64,000 nucleotides of DNA from Psilocybe cubensis (lineage: Eukaryota). The translations under genes were made by a program, and so were the position numbers. The stretch lies in assembly GCA_017499595.2 (NCBI GenBank), contig CM039005.1, forward strand, positions 2,790,001 through 2,854,000, given 5' to 3'. Every line of letters starts with the position of its first letter. The stretch's first letter is position 1. Of this stretch, positions 62,395 to 64,000 are shown piece after piece. The notes under the pieces are model-generated. The model made no database searches, was not told the origin of the DNA, and was given only the letters and a program-made list of their open reading frames with translations.

Positions 62395-62530
62395 TCTAAT
62401 ATCCTCGAACTATCTCGAAGGAGCGACGTTGAAGTAATATGACTCTTACATACGTGCTCATTCTAATATCCTCGAACTATCTCGAAGGAGCGACGTTGAA
62501 GTAATATGACTCTTACATACGTGCTCATTC
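62395..62530. repeat. Perfect 67-bp tandem duplication
   Basis: TCTAATATCCTCGAACTATCTCGAAGGAGCGACG...GTGCTCAT starts at 62395 and 62462. Confidence 0.95.
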
Positions 62531-63640
62531 CTTCTCGCTAGCATCCTCAAGTCCCATATCTGTCTGTTAGAAACACCTTCCAAGGAGAATCATAACGCGC
62601 GCAATAACGGATACAAAGAATCTTTATTTATCCAGAAACATTAAATACAGATGTTATCCGATTTTTCACGACGAATTGATATCATCACCTGGTTCACCAT
62701 GTCCTTCTTTTTCACTTACGTCGCATCTTCTATCATTCCTTTGATGGGATAAGGACGCATATGTCCAATTAACGTACATATAGTCATTTTCTATCCATCA
62801 CTATGTCAACATGGAACCCCTGTGCACTGCAAGGGGAGTGTTGGATCCGTCATATATTGGACTCTGCTGCTCGCCTTTGCCTTCGCGCATCTGTACACGC
62901 GTCTGTTGATCTCATAAAGTACATCTATATTTTCGTGCACCGTTCCTAATTTCAGACGTTTTCCTGCCATTTTACTACCTGCCTTTTTATTTTCATCGTC
63001 ATCTGTGTATCACAGGCGTCTGATGATCACTTTCGTGCATCAAAGCCATACAATTGACCCATCCCTCCCGTAGACCTCATTCCGAACTCCGAAAGAGTAT
63101 TTATAAGTTCTGAATTAACATAGAAGGCTGGTATTATAAGTCTTTCGGTGATTTCCTGATTCCTCTTTCCTTTCCTCCTTTTTTGAATCAATCAATCGAT
63201 ATTCGTTTGTATTTTTGGGTGCAGTGTCAAGGGCTATACGCTTTGGAGCTTTCTTTGATAGTTTCTGCATTGCGCCGCGGCAAGAGCATCATCAGAAGTA
63301 CACAATATCAGAAACGTTCAACAGCTTGAAGAATAGCAAGGCTTCGTAAGGCATCGTGTGTTTCTTTATCACAACCAGGAGTATTGATTAATCAAAATGT
63401 TATCTTTATCATCTTTCATAGCATTCACAGTCCACACTAGGGATGGGAAACTGATGTCCTGAATTACACTACTATTACCCACATTTCTCGCATTCCTTCT
63501 GAGGGAAATCATGATGGTTAAAGATGAGATATCCGATATGCCCTTCCATGATACATGTAAGTACCGCATGCAATGGAACTTGGTCAAGTATAAATCACTT
63601 TTACCCAAACTCCCTCAGGATTAGTGACGCCCTCACGGAG

Positions 63641-64000
63641 ATGACATCCTCCACTGTCCCATCTTCTTTAGATGAATACATTCAAACGTTGAACATTGCG
63701 CAGTTCTACAAGATTACAGAATGTAAGCTGTTCCATATTGATCCCGTACAGAGCCTCTCATTTGCCACGATTCTTTGATAGTGTCAGCATATTGCATCAT
63801 CTTATACGACTATGGTGAGCAATATCATCCGCAAACGTCATTTTATAATGTATACTGATGTTAGTTTTGGGAAGTCATCACCCTTGATAAGGAGGCAAGT
63901 CCACAAACTTACCGTTGCAGATTATCGCGTATTCACTATGTTCATTGATACAGAGAACATTCCTATGGGTACGTGTTTACACGGCACTAAAAGATGGCAT
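63641..64000 (+). CDS. 5' part of a DUF6533-type basidiomycete membrane protein (runs off the window)
   Basis: MTSSTVPSSLDEYIQTLNIAQFYKITE|LSAYCIILYDY|VITLDKE|RTFLW shows the YDY..T...E....W signature; microexons of 20 and 15 nt; GC-AG intron 63895-63953. Confidence 0.75.

Noticed and set aside
1-64000. Autonomous transposase, reverse transcriptase, Starship tyrosine recombinase or secondary-metabolite cluster
   Set aside because: No DDE, RT, Rep/helicase, recombinase, PKS, NRPS or terpene-synthase motifs were recognised in any frame.

Overview
This is intron-rich fungal DNA (short GT-AG introns of about 50-70 nt; gene families typical of Agaricomycete mushrooms). It looks like an accessory, repeat-rich region with no rRNA, tRNA or CRISPR. 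(1) 1-12.3 kb is a CpG-poor block of decayed repeat-associated genes with nested insertions: a 1,251-bp TIR element with a 2-bp TSD, a 450-bp solo LTR with a 5-bp TSD, and a long palindrome. (2) About 12.3-33.1 kb is a mosaic of intron-retaining copies of conserved housekeeping genes, mostly broken: DOA10/MARCH6-like E3 ligase, TRF4/5-like poly(A) polymerase, DUF4604-like protein, a VEFS-box (SUZ12-like) protein, a MOV10/SDE3-like helicase and a STE6-like ABC transporter. It is bracketed by two inward-facing inverted copies of a ~450-bp hairpin/promoter/start-exon module, resembling a large gene-capturing (Pack-type) element, and it also contains a tandem exon-intron array. (3) 35.8-45.6 kb is a duplicated cluster of three intact small secreted 4-Cys beta/gamma-crystallin-like proteins that share a 3'-UTR intron and motif, alternating with decayed sequence. 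(4) 45.8-64 kb holds orphan low-complexity genes, two more TIR elements and the 5' end of a DUF6533-type membrane protein gene. All family calls come from manual motif recognition; no database searches were run.
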